DNA of 64,000 bases, taken from positions 9,150 to 73,149 of the forward strand of contig DHGP01000018.1 in the NCBI GenBank assembly GCA_002402825.1, in the 5' to 3' direction. The stretch comes from Firmicutes bacterium UBA4795. GTDB lineage: Bacteria > Bacillota > Desulfotomaculia > Desulfotomaculales > Nap2-2B. Below are positions 45,743-54,968 of this stretch, piece by piece. The position numbers and the translations under genes are program-made. The notes under the pieces are model-generated. The model was not told the DNA's origin, searched no databases, and saw only the letters and a program-made list of their open reading frames with translations. How positions within the stretch are numbered: the stretch's first letter is position 1; each line of letters begins with the position of its first letter.

Positions 45743-45932
45743 ATTTAAGCCACCTCTTGTTATATTTATGATATTTTACCAGCTTGTATGTGATTTAAGC
45801 CTTTAAAATTGTTTTCTCGTCAGGACAAGGAGATTAGACTTTAATGTAGAATTTGTTTAATGATTATGGTATAAAAGTTGTGACAAGTATAAGCGTATAA
45901 ATAGCCAATTATCTGAAGGAGGCATAAAAATA

Positions 45933-47981
45933 TTGAAAAATTATCCCCGCGAAAAAATTCGTAATATTGGGGTGGTTGCACACGGGGGAGCGGGCAAAAC
46001 CTCCCTGGTAGAGGCCATGCTTTATAACACGGGAGCAATTACCAGATTAGGCCGGGTAGAAGATGGGACGACCACGGCTGACTACCACCCTGAAGAAATC
46101 AACCGTAAGGTAACTATTCACCTCAGCCTGGTACCTTGTGATTGGCAGGACTGTAAACTTAATATTTTAGACACCCCCGGCTACGCTGATTTTATAGGTG
46201 AAGTATACTCGGCTTTACGGGTAGTGGATACAGCCCTTTTTGTGGTTTCAGCCGTGGACGGCGTAGAAGTACAGACGGAGGTTATATGGGAATACGCGGC
46301 CCGGGCTGGTTTACCGGCCCTGGTATTTGTAAACAAAATGGACCGGGAAAACGCTAATTTTTTTAACGTCCTAACCGAATTAAAAGATAAATTAAAGGCT
46401 AATTTTGTCCCCGTTCAGCTTCCGGTTAGTCAGGCTTTGGGCAGTCAGGATGCCCACCCTACTGATTTTACTGGTATTGTTGATCTGATTACCCAAAAGG
46501 TCTACACATATCCGGATAACGGCAAAAGCCACCAAGAAATCCCGGTGCCTGATGATTTAAAAGAAACAATGGCCAGTTACCACGAAAAGCTAGTTGAAGC
46601 AGCAGTAGAAACCAACGATGAATTAATGTTAAAGTATTTAGAAGGGGAAGAGTTAAGTAATGAAGAAATAATTTTGGGCTTAAAAAACGGTATTGCCCAA
46701 GCCAAAGTGATTCCAGTGCTGTGTGGTACAGCCACTAAAAATATGGCGGTGATAAATTTAATGGATATTATTGCTAATTATTACCCGGCTCCGGCTCCAG
46801 CTAATGATGCTCCTTTTTCGGCCCTGGTGTTTAAAACCTTAGTTGACCCTTACGTAGGAAAAATGAACTTCATCCGGGTTTATACGGGAACGCTAAAAAA
46901 CGATATGCTGGTTTACAACAGCACCAAAGAAAAAACAGAAAAAATAGGTCAAATCCTTTATGTCCGGGGTAAAAACTCAGTCCCCACGGCAGAGGTATCG
47001 GCAGGAGATATGGCCGTGTTGGTTAAACTGCAACACACCGCTACTGCTGATACCCTTTGCGAAAAAGATAAGGGTGAAATATTGGAAGGGATTACCTTCC
47101 CAAAACCGGCTCTTTCCGTGGCTATTTCCCCCAAAAGTAAAGGGGATGAAGATAAATTAGGTAATGCCTTAAACAGGCTTTTAGAAGAAGATTTGACGGT
47201 GCAAATTGAAAAAAACCTGGAAACCAAAGAAAACATCCTTACGGGAATGGGTGAGCTACACCTGGAAATTATTCTAGAAAGATTGAAAAGAAAATACGGT
47301 GTCGATGTTTCCATGGAACCACCTAAAGTACCTTACCGGGAAACAATTCGTAAGACCGTTACCATGGAAGGCAAATATAAAAAGCAAACCGGCGGCCATG
47401 GTCAGTACGGGCACGTTTGGCTGCGCCTGGAACCATTGGCAGAAGGCGAATTTGAATTTACCGAAGAAATTTTTGGGGGGGCGGTGCCCAAGCAATATAT
47501 TCCAGGGGTAGAAAAAGGGGTCCGGGAATCTCTTACCGAAGGAGTGCTGGCTGGTTACCCGGTTACAGGAGTAAAAGTAGTCTTGTACGACGGTTCCTAT
47601 CATCCGGTAGACTCTTCCGAACTGGCCTTTAAAATTGCGGCGGCCATGGCTTTTAAAAAAGGGGTGCAAAATGCCGCCCCGGTACTGTTAGAACCAATTA
47701 TGTACGTTGAAGTAACCGTACCGGAGAACTTTATGGGTGACGTAATTAGTGATTTAAACACCAAGCGCGGCCGCATCCTGGGCATGGAACCAGCAGGCAA
47801 CAAAACAGTGGTCAAGGCAATAGCTCCGCTGGCTGAGTTAACACGTTACGCTATTGACTTAAAATCAATGACCCAGGGCAGAGGGTCCTTTGAAATGAAA
47901 TTTAACAACTACGAAGAGGTTCCGGCCCGCCTGGCAGAAGAAATAATTAAAAAAGCCAAGGAGACAACCAACCAGCAGTAA
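45933..47981 (+). CDS. Elongation factor G paralogue (EF-G2-like) carrying a repeat-derived insertion
   Basis: G1 AHGGAGKTS, G3 DTPGYADF and G4 NKMD, with domains II-V present. TTG start. Confidence 0.85.
   Translation: MKNYPREKIRNIGVVAHGGAGKTSLVEAMLYNTGAITRLGRVEDGTTTADYHPEEINRKVTIHLSLVPCDWQDCKLNILDTPGYADFIGEVYSALRVVDTALFVVSAVDGVEVQTEVIWEYAARAGLPALVFVNKMDRENANFFNVLTELKDKLKANFVPVQLPVSQALGSQDAHPTDFTGIVDLITQKVYTYPDNGKSHQEIPVPDDLKETMASYHEKLVEAAVETNDELMLKYLEGEELSNEEIILGLKNGIAQAKVIPVLCGTATKNMAVINLMDIIANYYPAPAPANDAPFSALVFKTLVDPYVGKMNFIRVYTGTLKNDMLVYNSTKEKTEKIGQILYVRGKNSVPTAEVSAGDMAVLVKLQHTATADTLCEKDKGEILEGITFPKPALSVAISPKSKGDEDKLGNALNRLLEEDLTVQIEKNLETKENILTGMGELHLEIILERLKRKYGVDVSMEPPKVPYRETIRKTVTMEGKYKKQTGGHGQYGHVWLRLEPLAEGEFEFTEEIFGGAVPKQYIPGVEKGVRESLTEGVLAGYPVTGVKVVLYDGSYHPVDSSELAFKIAAAMAFKKGVQNAAPVLLEPIMYVEVTVPENFMGDVISDLNTKRGRILGMEPAGNKTVVKAIAPLAELTRYAIDLKSMTQGRGSFEMKFNNYEEVPARLAEEIIKKAKETTNQQ
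46431..46462. repeat. Family B element copy B3 (diverged) in frame in the EF-G paralogue
   Basis: CAGGCTTTGGGCAGTCAGGATGCCCACCCTAC is 29/32 identical to B2. It encodes QALGSQDAHPT in the same frame as B1 and B2. Confidence 0.8.
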
Positions 47982-48016
47982 CTACATTTTACAATAAAAA
48001 AGGATTATAAAATAAA

Positions 48017-49078
48017 ATGGTTAAAGTTGGTATAATTGGCGCTACTGGTTACACGGGAGCAGAACTGGTACGATTACTAGGTCGACACCCACAAGTGGAG
48101 TTGGTAGCTTTAACCACCCAGCAGTATGTAGGTCTACCCTTTACGGAAGTTTATCCCCACTTATCGGGTAAAGTAAACCTGGTAGGGGAAGAATTAAATA
48201 TTCCTGCTTTGGTGGCCAAGTGCGAGGCAATTTTTGTTTCCCTGCCCCATGGCCACGCGCTTCCTGTTGCTCAGGAGGTTATCCGTCAAGGGAAAAAAAT
48301 GATTGACTTAGGGGCGGATTTACGGTTAAAAGACCCGGCTGCTTACGCTAAATGGTACCAGGTTGATTTAAACCAGTCTTTAGGCCGCACAATAGTGGCG
48401 CAACTATTGGCGCAAGCCGTGTACGGCCTGCCTGAACTACACCGCCAGGAAATTAAGCAGGCTAAAGTAGTGGCTAATCCTGGTTGTTACCCAACCAGTG
48501 CGCTTTTAGGTTTAGCCCCGCTTTTAAAAAATAAAATAATTGGCCAAAACAGGATTATTATAGACGCCAAGTCGGGGGTATCCGGGGCAGGAAGAGGGCT
48601 TTCTTTAAACACCCATTACGGTGAAGTAAATGAAAATATAAAAGCGTATTGCGTAGCAAATCACCGCCATACCCCGGAAATAGAGCAGGAAGTAAGTCTT
48701 CTGGCGGGCGGGGAAATTAAAGTAACTTTTACCCCGCACTTGACGCCTATGACCAGAGGAATTCTTAGCACCATATACGCTCCCCTGACTGTTAACGCGT
48801 CGCCGCAGGAAATATTAAACTTATACCGTACTTTTTACCAGGGTGAGCATTTTATCCGGATTATGCCGTCGCACATCCTGCCCGGCACAAAAATGGTGGC
48901 CGGTTCTAATTATTGTGCCTTAGGGATAGTGGTTGACGAGCGCACAAACCAGGTTATAATTTTATCCGCCATTGATAATTTAATTAAAGGAGCTTCCGGT
49001 CAGGCCGTGCAAAATATGAATATAATGTTTGGCCTTCCAGAAACTACGGCTTTAGAAGAAGCTGGCGTTTATCCGTAG
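48017..49078 (+). CDS. argC: N-acetyl-gamma-glutamyl-phosphate reductase
   Basis: GATGYTGAEL and the active-site NPGCYPTS. Confidence 0.93.
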   Translation: MVKVGIIGATGYTGAELVRLLGRHPQVELVALTTQQYVGLPFTEVYPHLSGKVNLVGEELNIPALVAKCEAIFVSLPHGHALPVAQEVIRQGKKMIDLGADLRLKDPAAYAKWYQVDLNQSLGRTIVAQLLAQAVYGLPELHRQEIKQAKVVANPGCYPTSALLGLAPLLKNKIIGQNRIIIDAKSGVSGAGRGLSLNTHYGEVNENIKAYCVANHRHTPEIEQEVSLLAGGEIKVTFTPHLTPMTRGILSTIYAPLTVNASPQEILNLYRTFYQGEHFIRIMPSHILPGTKMVAGSNYCALGIVVDERTNQVIILSAIDNLIKGASGQAVQNMNIMFGLPETTALEEAGVYP

Positions 49079-49105
49079 GAAGTTATTGAGGGGAAGGAAA
49101 AGCTT

Positions 49106-50314
49106 TTGCCTTATAAGCATATTGCCGGCGGGGTTACCGCCCCTAAAGGATTTAAGGCCGCAGGTGTAGCTGCTGGAATTAAAGACCCCAGCCGCAAGGA
49201 GTTAGCTTTAATTTACTCGGTTGTTCCGGCCTGCGCCGCTGGCTTGTTTACGGCCAACCGGGTAAAGGCGGCTCCTCTTTACGTTACCAAAGAGCACCTG
49301 AGAGACGGGCGCGCTCAGGCAGTGGTTATTAACAGTGGCAACGCCAACGCCTGCAACGGAAGCCAGGGTCTAGAGGATGCTAAAGCCATGGCTCGTGAGG
49401 CTGCCCGCCTTTTACGCTTGTTGCCTGAAGACGTTCTGGTGGCTTCCACCGGGGTAATTGGCCAACCGTTACCTTTAGCCAAAATTATAAAAAGCCTTGG
49501 CCAGGCGGTGGTTGCTCTGAGTGAGCAAGGGGGAGGAGCAGCCGCTGAAGCAATCATGACTACGGATACCAGGCCCAAAGAAGCAGCCCTGCAATTTGAA
49601 CTGGCAGGGAAAGTAATCACGGTAGGCGGCATGGCTAAGGGAGCCGGGATGATTCACCCCCAGTTGGCCACCATGCTTTGCTTTTTAACTACTGACGTCG
49701 CAATATCCGTTCCCTGCCTGCAGGAAGTTATTCGTATGGCCGCGGCCTCCAGTTTTAATTTGCTTACGGTGGACAGAGACACCAGCACAAATGATATGCT
49801 GGTCATCTTGGCTAACGGACGGGCTGAAAATCCGGCCATAAACAAAAGGAATGCAGCTTACAATATGTTCCAAGAGGCGGTGCTTAAAGTTTGTACTGAG
49901 TTAACCATAGCTATTGCCCGTGACGGGGAAGGAGCAACCAAATTGCTTGAGGTGCGGGTGATTAACGCGGCCTCAAGGGAAGATGCGTGTTTGGCGGCCC
50001 GGGCAGTAGCCGCCTCAAATTTAGTCAAAACAGCCATATTCGGGCAGGACGCTAACTGGGGAAGAATAATTTGCGCCGTTGGTTATTCAGGCGCAAAATT
50101 TGACCCCTACCGCATAAATATATTTTTAGGCAATGAACAAGTAGCGCAAAACGGCTCAATGCTTCCTTTTAGTGAGGCTGCTGCAGTTCAGGCTTTAGCC
50201 GGCAGTAAAGTGTCCATTTTAATTGATTTTAATGAAGGTACTTATGAGGCTATGGCCTGGGGATGTGATTTAACCTATGATTATATCCGGATTAACGCCA
50301 GCTACCGGACTTAA
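49106..50314 (+). CDS. argJ: Bifunctional ornithine acetyltransferase / N-acetylglutamate synthase
   Basis: Self-cleavage site context LATMLCFLTTD. Confidence 0.92.
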   Translation: MPYKHIAGGVTAPKGFKAAGVAAGIKDPSRKELALIYSVVPACAAGLFTANRVKAAPLYVTKEHLRDGRAQAVVINSGNANACNGSQGLEDAKAMAREAARLLRLLPEDVLVASTGVIGQPLPLAKIIKSLGQAVVALSEQGGGAAAEAIMTTDTRPKEAALQFELAGKVITVGGMAKGAGMIHPQLATMLCFLTTDVAISVPCLQEVIRMAAASSFNLLTVDRDTSTNDMLVILANGRAENPAINKRNAAYNMFQEAVLKVCTELTIAIARDGEGATKLLEVRVINAASREDACLAARAVAASNLVKTAIFGQDANWGRIICAVGYSGAKFDPYRINIFLGNEQVAQNGSMLPFSEAAAVQALAGSKVSILIDFNEGTYEAMAWGCDLTYDYIRINASYRT

Positions 50315-50372
50315 GTATTTAGGATTCTTTTTTAAATAGAAATAAAAAGAGATTATCGAAAAAGTTCAAATC

Positions 50373-50421
50373 CCTTTCCCCCTAACCCCCTCCCCTTGAA
50401 GGAGGGGGTTAGGGGGAAAGG
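50373..50421. repeat. Perfect 21-bp-stem palindrome in the argJ-argB spacer
   Basis: CCTTTCCCCCTAACCCCCTCC-CCTTGAA-GGAGGGGGTTAGGGGGAAAGG. The outer TCGAAAAA/TTTTTCGA are also inverted. Confidence 0.95.
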
Positions 50422-50464
50422 TCAATAAAAGGGTTTTTCGACATTCTCAAAAAGGGGTTATCAA

Positions 50465-51343
50465 GTGAAAGGTGCTTTAACCAAAGCAGCTGTTTTAGTG
50501 GAAGCTTTACCGTATATAAAAAAATTTTACGGGAAAACGGTGGTTATTAAATACGGAGGCCACGCCATGGTGGACAAGGACTTAAAAAACGCTGTCCTTA
50601 CCGACATTGTCCTGATGAAATACGTGGGGATGAACCCGGTGGTGGTGCACGGCGGAGGACCAGAAATTACCGAAATGTTAGCCAGGCTAGGCGTAAACTC
50701 CCAATTTAGAGTGGGTCTGCGGGTAACCGATAAAGAAACCATGGAAATTGTAGAGATGGTTTTAGTAGGCAAAATTAACCGGGAAATTGTTTCGCTTGTA
50801 AACAGGATTGGAGGCCGGGCCATAGGTTTGTCCGGTAAAGACGATTGCTTTTTGCAAGCCAGAAAAAAGATGATTAATAATGGTTTTCCGGCCGGTGAAA
50901 TTGACCTTGGTTACGTAGGCGAAATTAGCCACGTAAAGTCAGGGCTTATTTTTAACCTTATCAGCCAGGGCTACATTCCGGTTATTGCCCCTGTAGCGGT
51001 AGGAAGTGAGGGGGAAAGTTATAACGTTAACGCCGACCACGCGGCTGGGGAAATCGCGGCGGTATTGGCAGCCGAAAAATTGGTGATTCTTACGGACGTG
51101 GCCGGCGTGCTGGCGGATTTAAATGACGAAGACACGCTCATTTCCACTATTAAAGTTTCCGAAATACCCGCCTTAATAGAAAGAAAAGTAATTACCAAAG
51201 GGATGATTCCTAAAATAGAATGCTGCGTGGCCGCGTTAAGCGGGGGTGTGCAAACAGCTCATATTTTGGACGGACGAATATCCCACGCCATTTTACTTGA
51301 AATATTTACTAACCAGGGTGTAGGCACCATGGTAGTACCTTAG
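50465..51343 (+). CDS. argB: Acetylglutamate kinase
   Basis: VIKYGGHAM and an amino-acid-kinase fold. Confidence 0.92.
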   Translation: MKGALTKAAVLVEALPYIKKFYGKTVVIKYGGHAMVDKDLKNAVLTDIVLMKYVGMNPVVVHGGGPEITEMLARLGVNSQFRVGLRVTDKETMEIVEMVLVGKINREIVSLVNRIGGRAIGLSGKDDCFLQARKKMINNGFPAGEIDLGYVGEISHVKSGLIFNLISQGYIPVIAPVAVGSEGESYNVNADHAAGEIAAVLAAEKLVILTDVAGVLADLNDEDTLISTIKVSEIPALIERKVITKGMIPKIECCVAALSGGVQTAHILDGRISHAILLEIFTNQGVGTMVVP

Positions 51344-51355
51344 GAGGAAAAGAAA

Positions 51356-52564
51356 TTGACCAGTCAGGAAATTATTGAGCTAAGCCATAACTACCTTATG
51401 CCCACGTACAATCGTTTTCCTATTGCCCTAGTAAAGGGCAAGGGGGTTAAAGTATGGGATGCCAACGGTAAAGAATACCTGGATTTTACCGCCGGGCTGG
51501 CCGTTTGCTCCTTAGGACACTGCCACCCCGTGGTAGTTGAAGCCATTTGCCGTCAGGCTAAAGAGTTAATTCACGTGTCTAATTTATACTACATCCAACC
51601 CCAGGCCAAATTGGCCGCGTTAATAGCCCAAAATTTTAAAGGAGCCCGGGTTTTCTTTTGCAACAGCGGGGCAGAAGCCAACGAGGCCGCCTTGAAGCTA
51701 GCCCGCAAATACGCTAAAGTTAACGGTCAACCTGAAAGATACGAAGTTATTACGGCCTTACAGTCCTTTCACGGTCGAACCCTGGCTACTCTAGCCGCTA
51801 CCGGCCAATCTAAACACCAGCAAGGATTTGAACCTTTACCGTCCGGCTTTTGTCACGTACCCTTCAACGACCTTAAAGCTTTAGAGAAAGCAATTAATGA
51901 CAAAACCGGTGCGGTAATGCTGGAACCAGTTCAAGGAGAAGGCGGAGTTAACCCGGCCACCAAGGATTACTTGGTCGGTGTGCGGGAATTATGTCACCGG
52001 CACAAGCTGACCCTTATTTTTGATGAAGTGCAGTGCGGGTTAGGCCGCACGGGTAAATTTTTGGCATTTCAACACTACGGTATTGCCCCAGACGTTCTTA
52101 CCCTGGCTAAAGGTCTGGGCAGCGGGTTTCCTATTGGGGCTATGGTGGCTAAAGAAGAATTTGCCCTGGCTTTTCAGCCCGGTAGCCATGCTTCTACCTT
52201 TGGAGGTAATCCTCTGGCCTGCGCCGTTGGCCTGGCCGTGCTTGAATATATTTTAAATCATGGCCTTATTGAACATGTGGCTTCAATTGGGTATTATTTT
52301 AAGGAGCGACTGACCCTCCTGGCGCAACGTTTTCCTTTTATCCGGGAAGTGAGGGGGATGGGCTTAATGCTGGCCTTAGAATTAAACCAAGACCAAAACG
52401 GCCCTGAAATAGTCCGCCGGTGCATGGAGAAAGGGTTATTAATTAACGGTATTGAGCAGCATATTTTACGTTTCCTGCCCCCGCTTATTGTTACCTGGCC
52501 GGAGATAGACCAGGCTGTAAACATATTAAGTCAGGTTTTTTTGGAAAAGGCAAATTTAACCTGA
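51356..52564 (+). CDS. argD: Acetylornithine aminotransferase
   Basis: Class III aminotransferase with DEVQCGLGRTG and PLP-Lys TLAKGLG. Confidence 0.9.
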   Translation: MTSQEIIELSHNYLMPTYNRFPIALVKGKGVKVWDANGKEYLDFTAGLAVCSLGHCHPVVVEAICRQAKELIHVSNLYYIQPQAKLAALIAQNFKGARVFFCNSGAEANEAALKLARKYAKVNGQPERYEVITALQSFHGRTLATLAATGQSKHQQGFEPLPSGFCHVPFNDLKALEKAINDKTGAVMLEPVQGEGGVNPATKDYLVGVRELCHRHKLTLIFDEVQCGLGRTGKFLAFQHYGIAPDVLTLAKGLGSGFPIGAMVAKEEFALAFQPGSHASTFGGNPLACAVGLAVLEYILNHGLIEHVASIGYYFKERLTLLAQRFPFIREVRGMGLMLALELNQDQNGPEIVRRCMEKGLLINGIEQHILRFLPPLIVTWPEIDQAVNILSQVFLEKANLT

Positions 52565-52574
52565 AGTTAAAATT

Positions 52575-52602
52575 GTAGGGGCATATAGCTATACGCCCCT
52601 AC
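52575..52602. repeat. Family A REP between argD and argF
   Basis: GTAGGGGCATAT-AGCT-ATACGCCCCTAC with one mismatch, and an AAAATTGTAG left flank. Confidence 0.9.
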
Positions 52603-52620
52603 AGAGAAAGGAAGGACAAT

Positions 52621-53568
52621 TTGACGGTAACGCTGGTGGAAAGTTTAAAAGGAAGAGATTTGCTTTCTTTAGCGGAATTTACCCCCGCCGAAATAAAATG
52701 TATTTTGGATTTAGCTGCTGAATTAAAGCAAAAACAAAAAAGAGGAGAGCCGCAAACCTCTATTTTGGCTGGAAAAACTTTAGGGATGATTTTTCAAAAG
52801 GCTTCCACACGCACCCGGGTATCCTTTGAAGTAGCTACGTACCAGTTAGGAGGATACGCGCTTTTCCTTAACGCTAACGATTTACAGTTAGGACGAGGCG
52901 AGACCATCGCAGATACAGCCCGCGTTTTGTCCCGTTATTTAGACGGCCTGGTTATTCGCACTTACGCCCATCAAGATGTGGAAGAGCTAGCGCTTTACGC
53001 TAATATTCCTGTAATCAACGGACTTTCTGACCTGTACCATCCCTGCCAGGTATTGGCCGACTTGCAAACAATCCGGGAGCATAAAGGGAATTTAGATGAT
53101 TTAAAATTAGCTTACGTGGGGGACGGTAATAATGTTTGTCATTCTTTACTTATTGCGGCCGCTAAACTAGGTCTGCCCTTCTTTGTTGCAACTCCTGAAG
53201 AATATCCTCCCGCGGAAAAGGTAATTTCCTTGGCCAGGCAAATTGCTTGGCAAACCGGAAGCCAAATTAAAATTTTAAACTCTCCAGTGGCAGCAGTAGC
53301 GGACGCGGACGTTGTAATTACGGACGTCTGGACCAGTATGGGTCAGGAGGCAAGCTCAAAACAACGAAGAAAAGCTTTTGCTCCTTACCAGGTAAATACT
53401 GAATTAGTAAAACACGCCAGGCCGGATTTTATCTTTTTGCATTGTTTACCGGCCCACCGGGGCGAAGAGGTAACAGCCGACATTATTGACGGACCCCACG
53501 CGGTAGTGTGGGATGAGGCGGAAAATAGACTGCACGTCCAAAAAGCTATTTTAAGTCTTGTTTTGTAA
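52621..53568 (+). CDS. argF: Ornithine carbamoyltransferase
   Basis: STRTR, HPCQ and HCLP motifs. Confidence 0.93.
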   Translation: MTVTLVESLKGRDLLSLAEFTPAEIKCILDLAAELKQKQKRGEPQTSILAGKTLGMIFQKASTRTRVSFEVATYQLGGYALFLNANDLQLGRGETIADTARVLSRYLDGLVIRTYAHQDVEELALYANIPVINGLSDLYHPCQVLADLQTIREHKGNLDDLKLAYVGDGNNVCHSLLIAAAKLGLPFFVATPEEYPPAEKVISLARQIAWQTGSQIKILNSPVAAVADADVVITDVWTSMGQEASSKQRRKAFAPYQVNTELVKHARPDFIFLHCLPAHRGEEVTADIIDGPHAVVWDEAENRLHVQKAILSLVL

Positions 53569-53590
53569 AAATAAACGTTTCAAAATTGTA

Positions 53591-53618
53591 GTAGGGGCGT
53601 ATTGCTATACGCCCCTAC
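53591..53618. repeat. Family A REP between argF and argG
   Basis: GTAGGGGCGTAT-TGCT-ATACGCCCCTAC, perfect stem, with the same AAAATTGTAG left flank. Confidence 0.9.
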
Positions 53619-53638
53619 ATTGAAAGGGGTTTAAAAAA

Positions 53639-54850
53639 ATGGTTAAAAAAGTAGTTCTAGCTTATTCAGGCGGTCTGGATACCTCCATTATTATTCCCTG
53701 GCTCAAAGAAAATTACCACTGTGAGGTTATTGCCATGGTGGCAGATTTGGGCCAAGGGGAGGAACTGGCCCCTTTAAAAGAAAAAGCCTTAAAAAGTGGG
53801 GCCAGTAAAATTTACCTAGAAGATTTAAAACAAGAATTTATTGAGGAGTACATTTTTCCTACCTTACAGGCCGGGGCAGTTTACGAAGGTAAATACCTTT
53901 TAGGCACATCCATAGCCCGCCCCTTGATTGCTAAATACCTGGTCTTAACCGCCCAAAAAGAAGGGGCTGAGGCAGTTGCCCATGGCGCCACCGGCAAGGG
54001 TAACGACCAGGTCCGTTTTGAATTAAGCGTTAAAGCGCTAAACCCGAATTTAAAAATTATTGCCCCATGGCGTGAGTGGCGTATCCGCTCCCGGGAAGAA
54101 GCTATTGATTATGCGGCTGTCAGAAACATTCCTATCCCGGTAACTAAAAAAGACCCTTACAGCCGGGACCGCAATCTTTGGCACTTAAGCCATGAGGGCG
54201 GAAACCTGGAAGACGTGACTAAAGAACCACCCCCGGATTTATTGCAGCTTACCGTTCCCCCGGAAAAAGCCCCTGATTCACCTGTCTACGTGGAAATTTC
54301 CTTTGTTGAAGGCCTCCCTAGGGAAGTTAACGGTAAACAAATGCCGGCCGTGACCCTGGTGGAAGAGTTAAACCGGTTGGGTCAGGCAAACGGTATTGGA
54401 GTGGTTGATTTGTTGGAAAACCGCCTGGTAGGAATGAAATCACGCGGGGTGTACGAAACACCAGGGGGAACCATACTTTACCTGGCGCACCAAGAATTAG
54501 AATATTTAACTTTAGACCGCCAAACCATGCACTTTAAAAATATAGTGGCCCAGCGGTACGCCGAACTGGTTTACGACGGCCTATGGTTTTCCCCGCTTAA
54601 AACGGCTCTGGATGCTTTTGTAAAGGCCACCCAGCAGACAGTTACGGGAAAAGTGCGTCTGAAGCTTTACAAAGGAAACTGCATCCCGGCCGGCGCCAGC
54701 TCACCTTACTCCTTATACCATCAGGAACTAGCTACCTTTGGCCAGGATGAAATATACAGCCAGGCTGACGCCACAGGCTTTATTAATTTATTTGGATTGC
54801 CTTTAAAAGTCCAAGCCCTTTTAAGACAAAAAGGGAAGGTGGAACATTAA
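53639..54850 (+). CDS. argG: Argininosuccinate synthase
   Basis: [10 protein letters not shown]-loop. 403 aa. Confidence 0.94.
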   Translation: MVKKVVLAYSGGLDTSIIIPWLKENYHCEVIAMVADLGQGEELAPLKEKALKSGASKIYLEDLKQEFIEEYIFPTLQAGAVYEGKYLLGTSIARPLIAKYLVLTAQKEGAEAVAHGATGKGNDQVRFELSVKALNPNLKIIAPWREWRIRSREEAIDYAAVRNIPIPVTKKDPYSRDRNLWHLSHEGGNLEDVTKEPPPDLLQLTVPPEKAPDSPVYVEISFVEGLPREVNGKQMPAVTLVEELNRLGQANGIGVVDLLENRLVGMKSRGVYETPGGTILYLAHQELEYLTLDRQTMHFKNIVAQRYAELVYDGLWFSPLKTALDAFVKATQQTVTGKVRLKLYKGNCIPAGASSPYSLYHQELATFGQDEIYSQADATGFINLFGLPLKVQALLRQKGKVEH

Positions 54851-54968
54851 TCTGAGCTTATAGCTTTAAAACGCAATCTTTAATTCTAGACAGCTGCTTT
54901 TTTCTGTGATAAGATTTTAATGTACATAGACGCTATATCGTATAATCGAAAGAAGGAAGTGGTCTATA

